Source: the human T2T-CHM13v2.0 reference genome, Homo sapiens. Taken from it: a stretch of DNA of 64,000 nucleotides. Below are positions 1 through 14,287 of the stretch, piece by piece. The notes beneath the pieces were generated by a model. It made no database searches, had not been told where the DNA came from, and saw only the letters and a program-made list of their open reading frames with translations. The stretch's first letter is position 1; every line of letters begins with the position of its first letter. The position numbers and the translations under genes are program-made. The stretch lies in assembly GCF_009914755.1 (NCBI RefSeq), contig NC_060933.1; one strand, 5' to 3'.

Positions 1-57
1 TTTAAATAATAATTAGCATTAATTGAAATTCTCATGTGCAGTCTGGTTTTCTAATTT

Positions 58-185
58 TCCCAACAACCCTAGGAGGCAGTTACTGTCGTTACTGCATTTT
101 GCAGACAAGGAAACTGAGGCGTAGGGACTTGTCTCAGGTCATATAGCCAGTAAGAGGTGAAGCTAGTGCAGTATGTTTAGTCCTC
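58..185. mobile_element. MIR fragment
   Basis: caacaaccctaggagg...cattttgcagacaaggaaactgaggc MIR core. Confidence 0.6.
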
Positions 186-479
186 ATCCTACACTACCAA
201 TTATTTTCCAGGCACTCAAATTTGTAAATGCCCAGAGTATTTGGGCTGTTCTAATAAGCTGCAGTTTTCAGAGGCATTGTGTAAGAATCTGAAGATTTCT
301 TATTTATCTCCTATTGTTGCTCTATGTAAATATAATACAGGACATCATCCTAAAAAGTATCCCTGTTCTTTTCCATTGACTGCTGTGTTTGGGCTGTGAT
401 TATTTGTAAAGGTCCATTGTGCAAAAACTCTAGAAATTATTTATCGTGAAGGTGCTGGATTTACAAGTCCCCAGTCCTA

Positions 480-640
480 GAGCGTGGTACAGTGGCTATG
501 GGCTCAGACTTCAGAGGCAGGTACATCTGGGTTCAAATCCTGTTTTGGCAGCTATGTGACTTAGGGGAAGTGATCTGGCATGGCGAGGCCCCAGTTTTGT
601 CTTCTGAAAAATGGGAACAATCATAGAACTCTCCTGGTAG
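480..640. mobile_element. MIR fragment
   Basis: ctgggttcaaatcc...gctatgtgacttagggg...ctgaaaaatggg. Confidence 0.6.
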
Positions 641-1127
641 CATTATTTTGTTAGGAGACAGTCCCTGGGTAGCCTTCTGGCTAACACCAGTTAGCACTCC
701 ATAAAGAGGGAGTTACTGGTGCTACTTCAAAGCTCATGGCCAAAAAGAAACTGAAAGCTGAAAATGCCACTGCTCAACAGCATGCAGTAGTAAGCTCTTC
801 AAATTTAGATTTTGGGCTTGCTCATTTAGCGTTCTTTCCATTCACGTCCTCACAGTTGGGGTGCATACCCCCTCAAGAATAGAGCCACAGACTGAGAGTC
901 TGATCTTCCGTATCACCTGCACCTGCTCAGGGACTGACTTTCAAAACTCTTTCTCAGCATTTTTGCTGAGAAACTGAAACTGGCTAGCTGTGAACCCAGG
1001 GACCAAGGGAATTTTTTTTTTAGAAAAGGATTATTCTACTCCCTATGAAAGAAACCTTAGAGCAGAGAGAATCCTGTCATAGTTGAAATGCCGTGGCTGT
1101 AAGCCTGGGAATTTGAGGTCTATCTAC

Positions 1128-1260
1128 TTTTATCAAATCTAATCTATCAATCAATCATCTATCTATCATCTGTCTATCTAGAGATGATAGATAGATTGAT
1201 AGATATCATCTGGAGATGATAGATTGATTGATAGATTAGATTTGATAAAAATCTATCTAT
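1128..1260. repeat. TCTA/TAGA-type low-complexity tract containing a perfect 29-bp inverted repeat
   Basis: 1128-1156 is the exact reverse complement of 1222-1250. Confidence 0.9.
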
Positions 1261-1261
1261 T

Positions 1262-1440
1262 GGCCGGGCGCGGTGGCTCACGTCTGTAATGCCAGCACTT
1301 CAGGAGACCAAGGTGGGTGGATCACGAGGTCAGGAGATGGAGACCATCCTGGGGAGCTTGCAGTGAGCCGAGATCGCGCCACTGCACTCCAGCCTGGGTG
1401 ACAGAGTGAGACTCCGTCTCAAAAAAAAAAAAAAAAAAAA
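1262..1440 (+). mobile_element. AluY-like with an internal deletion of about 130 nt
   Basis: Starts ggccgggcgcggtggctc; gagaccatcctgg is joined directly to ggagcttgcagtgag; poly(A) tail. Confidence 0.9.
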
Positions 1441-2378
1441 CACACACAACAAAAAACTTCTATCTATCTATGTATCTATCTATTTTATTGATCTATCTAT
1501 AAGGAGGGAGGATGGGGTAGCAGGAAACGATTCCACTTTGAAGAGTCACCATTTGAAATATTCACAGCTGCTTCCATTTCATTTTGATGTGTTGCCAAAG
1601 TACAGTTCAGGTAATAAAGTCTAGGCTAAAGGGGAATTTTTCTTTTGAGTAATACCACTATTAAGCTAATATGCTTAAAGACAAGATGCATTAGATACTA
1701 CTCCTTGTTGCTTGAAGAGATTACCTAGAGGAATTATTTGATAGGTTGTTAAAGCAAATGTGAAACCTTTTAAAATGTAATGAGGACCCTTTCCAGGAAC
1801 CTGTAAGTCAAAAGTATTTCTGTGAATTTTCTCTAAAATTACCTCTTTTCTCTTATTTTCCAAAAAGCCAGCTATAAGCTTTTTGTTAAGCCAAAGAAGA
1901 GGAAATTCTTTACCCTCAGAAAAATGTCTTAGTAAAGGTCCTGAATGTCAAATTGAGACTGGAGAAGATTTGGTGACAACACAAAACAAGATGACAAATA
2001 GCATGTACTGTGTTTATGTTCTAATTCTTTATCCACTTTCCGATCACTCTTCAAAGCTTGAGCTCAATGCCCTTTCTCCTTTTAAGCCTTCACTGACCTG
2101 CCCAATTATTTAAATATATATAAACAAATATATATTTCCAATAATTTTTGTAGTTCCTTCCACTGTGCCCTCACAGGGCAAGTGCATGTACTTCTTCTTA
2201 AAACCTTTTCTTTTTGGCTCATCATATCCTGTGGCAGTGTCCACTGTCTCTCCTTAGAGCATCATCTCCTTCAAGATAAAGAATTGCTGGATTTGAAGAA
2301 TCATGGAGGCCATTTCTAGTCTTACATTCCTCACATGTTGGGGTTCTGTGGCAAATGAATGCTTATCTGCTGAGGGCA

Positions 2379-2670
2379 ATTATTATTATTATTTTAGACA
2401 AGATCTTGCTCTGTCACCCAGGCTGGAGTGCAGTTGGCGCTATCATGGCTCACTGTAGCCTTAACTTCTTGGACTCAAGTGATCCTCCCACCTCAGTCTC
2501 CCAAGCAGCTGGGACCACAGGCACCTGCCACCATGCCCAGCTAATTTTTAAATTTTGTGTAGACAGGGTATTACTATGTTGCCCAAGCTGGTCTCGAACT
2601 CCTGGACTCAAGCCTCCTGCCTTGGCCTCCCAAAGTACTAGGATTACAGGTGTGAGCCACTGTGGCTAGC
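2379..2670 (-). mobile_element. Alu (J-like)
   Basis: Antisense Alu body; (TTA)n-degenerate tail. Confidence 0.9.
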
Positions 2671-4369
2671 TGGTTTTTATCACTTAAATAAATAAGTAAA
2701 TAAGTAGTGGGTTTGAATATGTTGTGTTCTTGTAATCTAAATTAGCTTTTAGATTGGACAAATTTGGGGTTCCAAATCAGCTTTCCACCCCCTTCTGTTA
2801 TTGTCTTTCCTTTGTTTGCTTGTTTTCTGCATGAGAAGTGAAGCTGTGTCCTATGACGGTGATAAACTCCAGGTGGAGGATCAGTTTGGGTGCCCTAAGT
2901 GAGCAGACATTCCTTGAGCATCAGCTCTGTGCTAGGAAACGGAGATCAGTGAGATGAGATGAGGAGCTAGCAATTCAGTTATGGGGTCAGGTAGACTCAT
3001 AGAAAAATAAAATTGAGGGTACAAAGAGTACCTCCCATTGCTCTAATTCTTAATTGCAAACTTACAAGTGCAATAAATGCTAAAACTGCATGCCAACCGA
3101 TGGAATAAAAATGTTCTGATTGGAAAAAGCATTTTTGGTGTTGTGTCTACAAATCACTCAAGCAGTCTTGGAGGGTCCTGGGATAGATTTAGATGAGTAC
3201 ATTGATAAGACTCTATCATATAAGATCCAATCTTTAGGGCAATAGTTAATGACCTTGGGATGTAGTAAATGTGCAAAAAATAACAGCAAAAACTGCCCTC
3301 ATAATATGAGGTCCTAGCAAGAGTCCTGTATATGGACTTGGTAAGGGAGGAAGGCACATTCTGGGCAGAACAGGATGGTTGAAGGCCACCAATGATTCCT
3401 GGCAGATTATTAATAAAGGTTGAGGGCCAGGGACCCTGAGGGACTGACGAGGTGAGAGAAATTCCTAAGGAGTACCAAATGAAACAAAAAATCCGAATTC
3501 ACCATGCCTCTTGGTCACTATTTAAGGGCCGCTGACTTGCCTAAGAGAGCATGCAAGCAACGTCTGCAGGCTGGGGGGTGGAGGGAAGCTCAATTTTCTG
3601 AGAAGATGAAAACTCCGTGGACCTCGTGAGATTCCTGTGAGGCAAGTGCGGGGACATGGGCTCTGGGGGCGGAGGGGCTGTGCTTGGAAGCCCCTGGGCC
3701 TAAGCTTTCTAGAGCAGTGGGCCTAGGTTAGAGGAGTTTGAGGTTGTCATGGAGAGAAATCTCCTGGTTGGGGTGTGTGCCACAATTCTGGGCCTTCCCA
3801 CTGCTCCCTTGAGGGAATGGCACCCTTTTTGGAGATGTGTTTTATTAAGCAGAGCTTGACTCGGTGAAGAGCCCACAGTGTCACTGCACTTTAACAGGGG
3901 CAGTGGGGAGTGGTTTTCTGGGAAAGAGCCTGCTGCCCGCCTGTCAGTGGCCCTGACCTGGCACTTCCTCTCTCCTTCCTAACCCTGTGCCTTTGGGATC
4001 AGTTGCCCTGAGGCAGAGAGCAGGAGAGGCCAGGGCTGTGGAGATCCTCCTGGAGGCAGGTGGAAGTCACCAGGAGGGGGCAGCGCAGCACACACCTTGG
4101 TCTTCTGTTTCCATGCGGAGGCTGTGGAGCAGGGAAAGAAAGCTGTTAGCTGTTTGCTGTTTGGGTGGTCCAGGGAACCAAGAACTTGAGCTCGGGTGTG
4201 TTTGTCCACTGAGTCACTGAGAAACCCTGGGGTCTGGCTTTCCTGCAGTTATTTCCTTTGTATGGTTGTTGCAGTCTCTGTCTCTCTTTCTTTCCCTCTC
4301 TCCCTCCCACCCTTTCTTGCTTGCTGTCTCTTTCTTTTCTTTTTTCTTCATAAATTTTAAAAATTCAAA

Positions 4370-5240
4370 AAAGTATAATGACATAATAACTTTATATAAT
4401 TACATTCAGAAATAATAGTTGAATATTTTTAAGCTATTTTTTCTTTTAATAAAATAGTTTAGCAGTTTAATAACATAAATGGTATAAATAGTTTCTGTGT
4501 ATGTGTGTGTGTGTGTGTAACCCCAGACCCATTCTCCTTTCCCAAGGCCACCTTCCTTGGAATCATCTTTCTATACTTGGCATATCTACTTGACTGTGAA
4601 CACTATGTGGTATTATTTTTTGTGTATTTTTAAAAGTTCACACAGATTGTTTTATATTACATGTACGTATCAGTATACAATTTTGCTTATCTTCTTTCTC
4701 ACTTCGCATAGCAGTGTCTTTCTGTTCAAATATGTAGATCTGATTTAATCTAATATATATATATATATCACCTTATTTTAAACAATGTCTATTTCTTTAT
4801 GGATGGACACTCGGGTTGTTCCAGCTTTTGACTCTATGACAATGAATGTTGTAATATTCTACTGATCATATTACAATGACTCTTCTTGAGTCCATATGTG
4901 AGAACTTCTCTTGGATGAATACCTGGAATAGAATTGCTGGGCCCTGAAGGGTTCTGATTTATAATTTTCCAAGATACAGGCCAAGTGCTTTTCAAAGTAG
5001 TTATAATAATTTACACTTCCTCCAACAATTTCAGAGAAATTTCATCACATCCATAGAAATGTTTTACATTGTTAGACTTTAAACATTTTGTCAATCTAGT
5101 GGGAGAGGAATAATATGTCATTGTTATTTTAATTTACATTTCACATTTCTTGGGAGATAAGCAACTTTTCATGTTTCTTGGCCACCGAAGTTTTCCCTCT
5201 GTGAATTCCCTGTTATTCACCTTACTGGCTTCTTTTCTAA
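4370..5240 (-). mobile_element. Old L1 (L1M-type) 3' fragment, including a short (TG)n near 4497-4518
   Basis: ggatggacactcgggttgttccagc, gaattgctggg, tttacacttcc: L1M 3' region motifs. Confidence 0.55.
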
Positions 5241-5374
5241 CCCTATGATTTGATTCTTCACTTAGTGGTAGCTAAGGAGAGTTTCTTAGGGGGTAGATTT
5301 CCTGAGCAGTTTGTAGCTAGCATCTATATTGTGGACATGACTACACGTAGTAGCTTATGAGGGGGAATTCTTAG

Positions 5375-5702
<328 letters not shown>

Positions 5703-7269
5703 CTTGCTAAACTTGTAATCCAGCTCTTCTGTTGGCCTTTCCATCTTGACAAGAAGAAAAATGTATTTATTTATCCAGGGCATTCTTGCCCCCACAGTAG
5801 AAGCGTATTCTCTAGTGACCATTTTTCATAACTTCTTTTGATGGTGCTTTTGAATGGTTTTCAGCAAAATTTCCTGTCTGGTCTTAGATTTCAGAATAGT
5901 GGTGCTTTGCTTAATTGGCTCATTTTCATCTCATGAATACTGTGAATTTACCATTGACCAAATTTATCCTCATCTCCTTCTTTCTTGGACACTGGTGACT
6001 AGAAAGCATAGAATTAAGCTTATGTGTGTGTTTTTTTTTTTTTCTAACGAGTGTATGCATTTCTAAATTGAATTCCGGGCTCCGTTGATATCTCTTTATT
6101 TTTAATTTATTTTTATTTTTAAATTGTCTTTTTTCTTTTTTTTCCCACATAGTTTTGTGCAATCCATTGACATCTCTACCCCTGTCTTTCTCTCCTCTAT
6201 GCCTTCCATTTTTATTTGCTGGTTCGTTGTATTCTATTGAATAAAACCGGGGAGTTTATAAATTAAATGTCTGATGAAAAATGAAAAGAAAGGGCATAAG
6301 TAACAAAAAGTTAAAGATGAGTGCCTTGTGCAGATCATAATAAAGTCCCCATTGAGTTCCAGGCCCTTGTTGTGAGCATGGAGGATGCAAGGATAATCCA
6401 GGAAAAGAGTGAGGAAGAACTCTCAATGACTTCAGGACAGTGACAGGCCTCATGCTTACACAGCTGGTAGGAGGGGACAGGCTTGCCTGGAAGTCTGGAT
6501 TGTGACTCCAGAGGAAAACTCGCCCACATTATCTATCCTTTTTGCTGTCAGTTGCATGAGAAAAAGTACTAAAATTCAGGGCTCTTTAGAATGCAGTTCT
6601 TACTGTGAGATCATTTAGAAGAGTGAGGTCACTGTGGTCTCTATTGAAAATGTTGGTGAAAAATCTTGCAAAAATGTATCTAAAGTATGATAACTCTGAA
6701 ACAGTTGATGTTAAAAATTGAGCATTCCTTTCAAGTCTTAAAATGTTTCTTTCTTCTATGTGTGGTGGGAGGAGAGAAGGGAACGAAAGCTTCCTGCACA
6801 TTTATTAAGTGTGCCAGGCCCTGGGTATCAGGGACAACCAAGAATTTTTTCAGAAGAAGCCGCCGTTCTATCTTGGAGGCTGGTTTTTTATGTAACAGGG
6901 GACAATGTTTGTGTGGATGCTTTTAAAAGTATTTCTCTTTGGTGTAATTTTGTCTTCTCAGAGAATCTACTGATTTTTATTTTTAAAATTTATTTTCTAA
7001 AAAGAGGTGCCCAAACCCTTACTATACAGCTTGTCATCATTTTCTTTCACACAGTGGGGGACCTATAGATGCTGTGTGTTCCTCCCCATCATTTAATATT
7101 TTTTTCATTTTAACTCACATTGTTAACAGCAGGGCTGCATATTTGTTTTCAGTGTCTTAATTGGAATATGTTATATATCTTAAATTTTTTCAAAAAGAAA
7201 GGGGAGATTTCCTCCTGGCATAATTTCTTGTAATGCCTTTGTAACTCCAAGTGCAGTTCATCTTTTCTC

Positions 7270-7310
7270 CATCTGTCCATCCATCCGTCCATCCATCCAT
7301 CCATCCATCC
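7270..7310. repeat. (CCAT)n microsatellite
   Basis: Direct reading. Confidence 0.9.
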
Positions 7311-8493
7311 TTTGAGTACCTACCTTGTACTGGGTACTGAGCCAGGTGCTGTGATGCATATTAAGAATTATAAAACAGATCTAGCTATCTCAAAGACATT
7401 GTGATCTAAGAAAACTGAATAGACAGGTACTTAAATAACTGTAGTACAGGGTAGAGTATAGGAAATTCCATGATGATGGTTTTAATAGCTATTTGTTTGG
7501 ATCACTAGGGACTTTACTGATTGCAAATGATAGAACTTAAGATTAACTTAGGTTAGTGACATCTAGCCTGAGAGACAGTTGTATCTAAAGGCTCAAGTGG
7601 TATTTTTAGAGTTCTGTCTCTTTAGCTCTGCTTCTTTCTGTGGACTGACTTCATTCTTGGACAGTCTATTTCCTTGTAGCAGAAAATTTCCCCATGGAAG
7701 CCCCAGGCCTGTGCCATCCTTCAGCTATGATCCCAGAGTAAGACAGAGACTCTCTCTTCCCCAGCATTCATTTATTTAATCTCGGGGAAGACTCCTCTTA
7801 GTGTAATTGAGATCATGTGCACATCTCTAAGCCCACCAATGTGGGCAAAGGGATGGAGTTTTCTCTCTATTCACCCCTATATTGGAGGGCTTAGGGGGTG
7901 GGGGAGGGAGGAGGTTCCCACGGAGAATGCGCTAAGGCCATATGGGGTTTGTGAAATGTGGTTCATCAAAGGAAAGATTGATACTGTTACTGACAAAGGC
8001 AGAAGGAGGAGATGCTGGGCCAGGAAAATAGAGAGAAAAGAGGAAGGGGTAGGGAAAACGCACCTTAGTATTTTAGGAGGTAAAGGAGGGAGTGGCTGTC
8101 TCTCTTGAAATGTGGGGAAATATGTGACTTTTCTTGTGCAGTGATGACAGCAGCATCTCTGTGGCTCTCACCGTAAGAGTGGAAACACCTTTGAGAGGAG
8201 TAGATGCATTTCCACGGTGTTTTCACATATGTACACTGGTGATACTCCAAAAGGGAAAGAAAAGTGAAATTGTTGGGTGAAAGAGTGATGAAACACGAGG
8301 AGAAATGAAACCCAGTGCATGGGTTATTGACCATGAAACCTGGTCAGTCATGGTTTCTGCTCAGTCATGCTCAGTTTTGCTCTACTGCTGTATTTAAAAA
8401 AATGGCAAGGCTCAGAGTGGTGTGGAGGGAGCACCTTGGACACCTGGGTGAGGTGGATGGGAGTTCTTCATGGTGCTGCTGCCTACATTCTGA

Positions 8494-8601
<108 letters not shown>

Positions 8602-8604
8602 TGA

Positions 8605-8787
<183 letters not shown>

Positions 8788-10435
8788 TAAGTAGAGATTG
8801 ATTCTTTTGCTTCCCAGGACCCATTTTATTCAATATTTCCCCCCTCTGTTTATTTTCCTTCTTTTCCAACTTGAAACCTCCCTTTTTAAAGTTAGTATAG
8901 CTGTGATAATAGCTTAGAAACATTAGCTCTGATTTTGTTTGATTTTTTGAATAGCTTCAGAGGGGTACTTAGAACAGGCTGTTTATTCCCTTTCATGAAT
9001 TTCTGGGCCAGTTCCATCTTGGACAGAGCAATAGGCTAGCAGCAAGGAGTCTGATGTGAAAACTGTGTCCTTGCACAGAGTTCTTGATTTTCTTCCTTGG
9101 AATAATGACATACTCCCTGGAAGACATCAAACTAGTGGAATCGAAAGAAGCTGACTTGGCCTTGGCCTTTATAGGGAAATAAAAATTACTGGTGCTTTTC
9201 CCCTCACAATAGGATTCTCTTTTGAACCTTCATTTTCCCAAAGCCGTCTGTCATGGTTTGATAAAGGTAGAGAAAAATCAATCATGGGACATGCCAAAGG
9301 TACAGAAAATTATTAACAATGGGAAATATTTCCCCAAAGTCTTGTTGATGCTTTGTCCACTGAAGTCAAACGGAAATATGGAAAATGGGAACTGTTAGCT
9401 TGTTTGTTGCTAAATCCTCTAGATGATGGCATTTAAGTCCATAAGGTGTGGCTTTCCTGAGAGTTGTCTTCATTAAACTAAAGATCACCTAAGTGCAGAA
9501 TATTTATGCATCACTGAGCTCAGACTTGTACTCCCATCCCCTGAGTTTTTAGTGGAACTTCTGCCAGAAGGTTGTTGCCTGCATTTATTGATTCTGTTTT
9601 GCTGTACCAAATTCTCTTTGCAGTGATACCTTACATGTCATAGTCTATCTGTGGGACCCTCACCTGGATTATTTCACATGATTTTTTTCTGACAATTGGT
9701 AGGACAGATCTTTTTTATGCACATTTCATAGATAAAATGAGAGTGAGAGAGTTCTAGGACTTGCTCAGATTCATAGATCGTAAGTAGCAGAGTTATGACT
9801 CCAGGGCCAACCCCTCTCCATGTTCTTACAATAAGAGCACAGGAAATAAAATCTGTATCATCCTTAGAGAATCAGACTTTCTTATAAGGTTCGTCCTCTT
9901 TCTTTTTTTTTGAGGAGAACAGTTCCCCAACTGATTTCCATGCCAGTTATAAAAGAAACCATTCTCTTAGAAGCAGATTGCCTGGACACTCTATTGAAAT
10001 TTGTTGATATTATGGAAAATATTAATTTCATAAAGCCAATATCATAGCTTCATATTTTATAGGTGGCATTAATGATGAAGTCACTTTAAAAATAAAGTCT
10101 GTAAATTAAGACATAAAACATTCTACAAAAATGTGATAAAACTCCAGGGAACTTTATTAACACATTTCAATTAAATGCTTTTTGGAATCATTTTTGCAGT
10201 CTGCACAAATCTTTGCCTGCACAAATCTGATGGCTGCATAGGCCTTGATAGCATAAACAAGAGAGAAGTTGGATAGAAGAAAAAGGCAAAATGCTCTAAT
10301 GCAGTCACTTAGATGTAATTAATGACCTCAGTGGTTAAGTTCTGGTATTTTCATTACAGTTGACCTTAGACCCAAATTACTCAACAACTGCATTTTACTG
10401 GCTCTTTTATCACATCACTTCTCCTAATGTTGTGA

Positions 10436-10893
<458 letters not shown>

Positions 10894-12141
10894 GGTGGTA
10901 TTCTTTGTGCAGTACACAGCTTATATAAAGTCAAATATCTCTCCCTAGCTTTCAGAGAAGAATTATTTTAAAATGGGAAGCTAAAGGGACATACATATCT
11001 TACAGTTTTCTGAAGAAGCAATTGTTGGGATGTCAATCATTGATCAAATTGCAAAAATGCTACTAATATTTATAGCCATTTATTGAATAGTAAGACAGAG
11101 AGAAATAGGCAAGTGCCAGGCAGTTATGAAGAGGTCATCAGATGGCAGTAAGCTTCATATAGTCACAGGACAAAAGAGGCTCTTAATCACCAAAATCTGA
11201 AATTAAATTAAGTAGTTTGCTTTTGAGAACAGTAGGGAGGAAGGAAGGAATTAAGTCAGGTGTCTGCCTTTCCGGATCTTAGACCTAACCTCTGCTTGTG
11301 ATGGAGGACTCTGGGGAACAGCTTGGTTGGTGGTCCCCTGATTTTCCACATGCAAATTGCACTCTTCCCTCAAATATCAACGCAGTGGTGTGCAAGGGAG
11401 CTGATAACAAAATATGTATTAAAAGCTGTTTCTCTCTACCCCTGGGATATACTGATGATCTCTCTGAGTTTCCCCAGCAATATAAAAATGCATACAAGAT
11501 CAGTCTATTTCACTTCGGGTTTTAGGGAAATTTAAATGGGATCCTCTCTCTCACTTTCACCACTTCTCCCCCTACCCTGTCCATGTGAGCATCACATGGG
11601 GACTGCCCAGAGCCCCAGAGACTGGTCACTGCGTTATTTCTTGATGCCTTTAATTCCTGCCCAGCCCCTTAGAGCCCAGGGACTGTGAGAAAAGCTGGTA
11701 TTTGTGTTTTCCAGGGACTTTGCAGAGGTGCTAATTAGCTCCCTTGCAAAGCTCTATAATCAAACAGTAAGAGGATTGTTGATTTTTTTCCCTCCCCTCT
11801 TCCTCCATTTTGGCTTTTGGCCCCAATAATAAGTATGGCTCATAAAACTCATCTTGTTCTTTGGCCGGTAACCCCGCTCTTTGCGGTGCTGCTGGCAGCC
11901 CCACAGAGGCAGCAGCTCTGCGGGGCGGCGGTTTTACCAGCAGACAGGGAGACCCTTCACCCTAAGCCTCCTCTTTCTTTGCTGCCTCTCTCTGCCTTTT
12001 TCTTGAGGAGGAAAGCAGGTTTTTGGTTTTTCGTTTGTTTGTTTTAGAAAGATTGGGACTTCTGATGAAGATGAAAGCATTGTGCCTTAGAAACTGTGGA
12101 AGATAGGCAGACTGACTTTTCAATGCATTGTATACCAGTGA

Positions 12142-12458
<317 letters not shown>

Positions 12459-12820
12459 AAAACCCATTCTTAATTCACGTTCCAAAAGAAGAGACCTATG
12501 TGGGCACATTTTACAACTTCCTGGTGGATTATTTTTCATGTGGGTGAGCACTTTATACTCAGTGTGAAGAGAGAAGATGCACGCCTAGGAGGAAGGACGG
12601 TACCCTTGTGTAGGTAGGGGTTTGGATGAGTGGAGATCTTAATATAGAATTAAGCTGGGAGTGGACACACACATTCATGATTTGTGAGACACCAGAGTGG
12701 TAGGTTCTTTCTTATCAACTGACTAGCCTTAGTTCATGCTTTAGCTCCTGGTTGTAATGCCAGGACTGTGTGACTGATCAAACACACTAGGATACTTCAG
12801 TGATGACTTCCTTGGGCTGA

Positions 12821-13203
<383 letters not shown>

Positions 13204-14137
13204 AGATCTCATGTTTTATCCAACTCTCAACCCAACACTTGCCTTCCTCGGCAGGAAACACACACTGAAAGTCTCATTGACTTCCTCCGGTTTGTAGAGG
13301 TCTTGGCTGTTTTTATGAAAGTTGATGTTTATTTTACATTCATTTTATTTATTAAACACATCTTGAGGCCCAAGCATCAGATACTCTTTAAATAAATTTA
13401 AACAGTAAACAAATTCGCAGAGTGAGTCGGCTGCCAGGGTTATGGCTCTGAGTTTCCTACCCCAAAATCTCATGACACTGATCATTGGAAACTCTTTTAT
13501 AGAATCAAATTACATGTTTGGAACATGTCAGTAAATTATTATTTTTTTTAGTCACAAATATATCTTTTTATTGTCTGGTTGGTCTAAATCTGAAGATGGT
13601 ATGTCACTAGAATGGTTCAAGATGAAATCTGACATATTCCTTGTTACCTAATTTTTGTTTGTTCTCATCGTGGAGGTATGCGGTTATTTAGATCATATGT
13701 AAACAATCTCAGTAGAGTTTTTTTTATCAATAAAATGTCTTTCCTATAAAGACGTATTGAATTCAGTTAATATTCAGAGTTTTGTATGCCACATAATTTC
13801 AAAATATCCATGATGCTCTTTAGTTTTAAGGCATCTTTTTTCCCTACTGGGTTTATAGTTTTAAATTTTATTTAATCTTACATATCCTCCTATTAATTGT
13901 TCAAAAGATCAGGGTTTCTATAAGATATATAACTTGGCTCCAAATCAACATATGAAAAGTAAGCTTTTGGGTGAAAAAGACATTAAAAATACACAATACA
14001 TTTATGCTACCCCTCCCAGCAAAGAAAAAATTATAGACAAGGTTAGAGGAAAAACTCAGCTATCACTCTAAGTGAAAGAGAGAGAGATCTGGATGTAAGT
14101 AAAGCTTATATAATGATCAAATAAAATTATATTTTGA

Positions 14138-14287
<150 letters not shown>

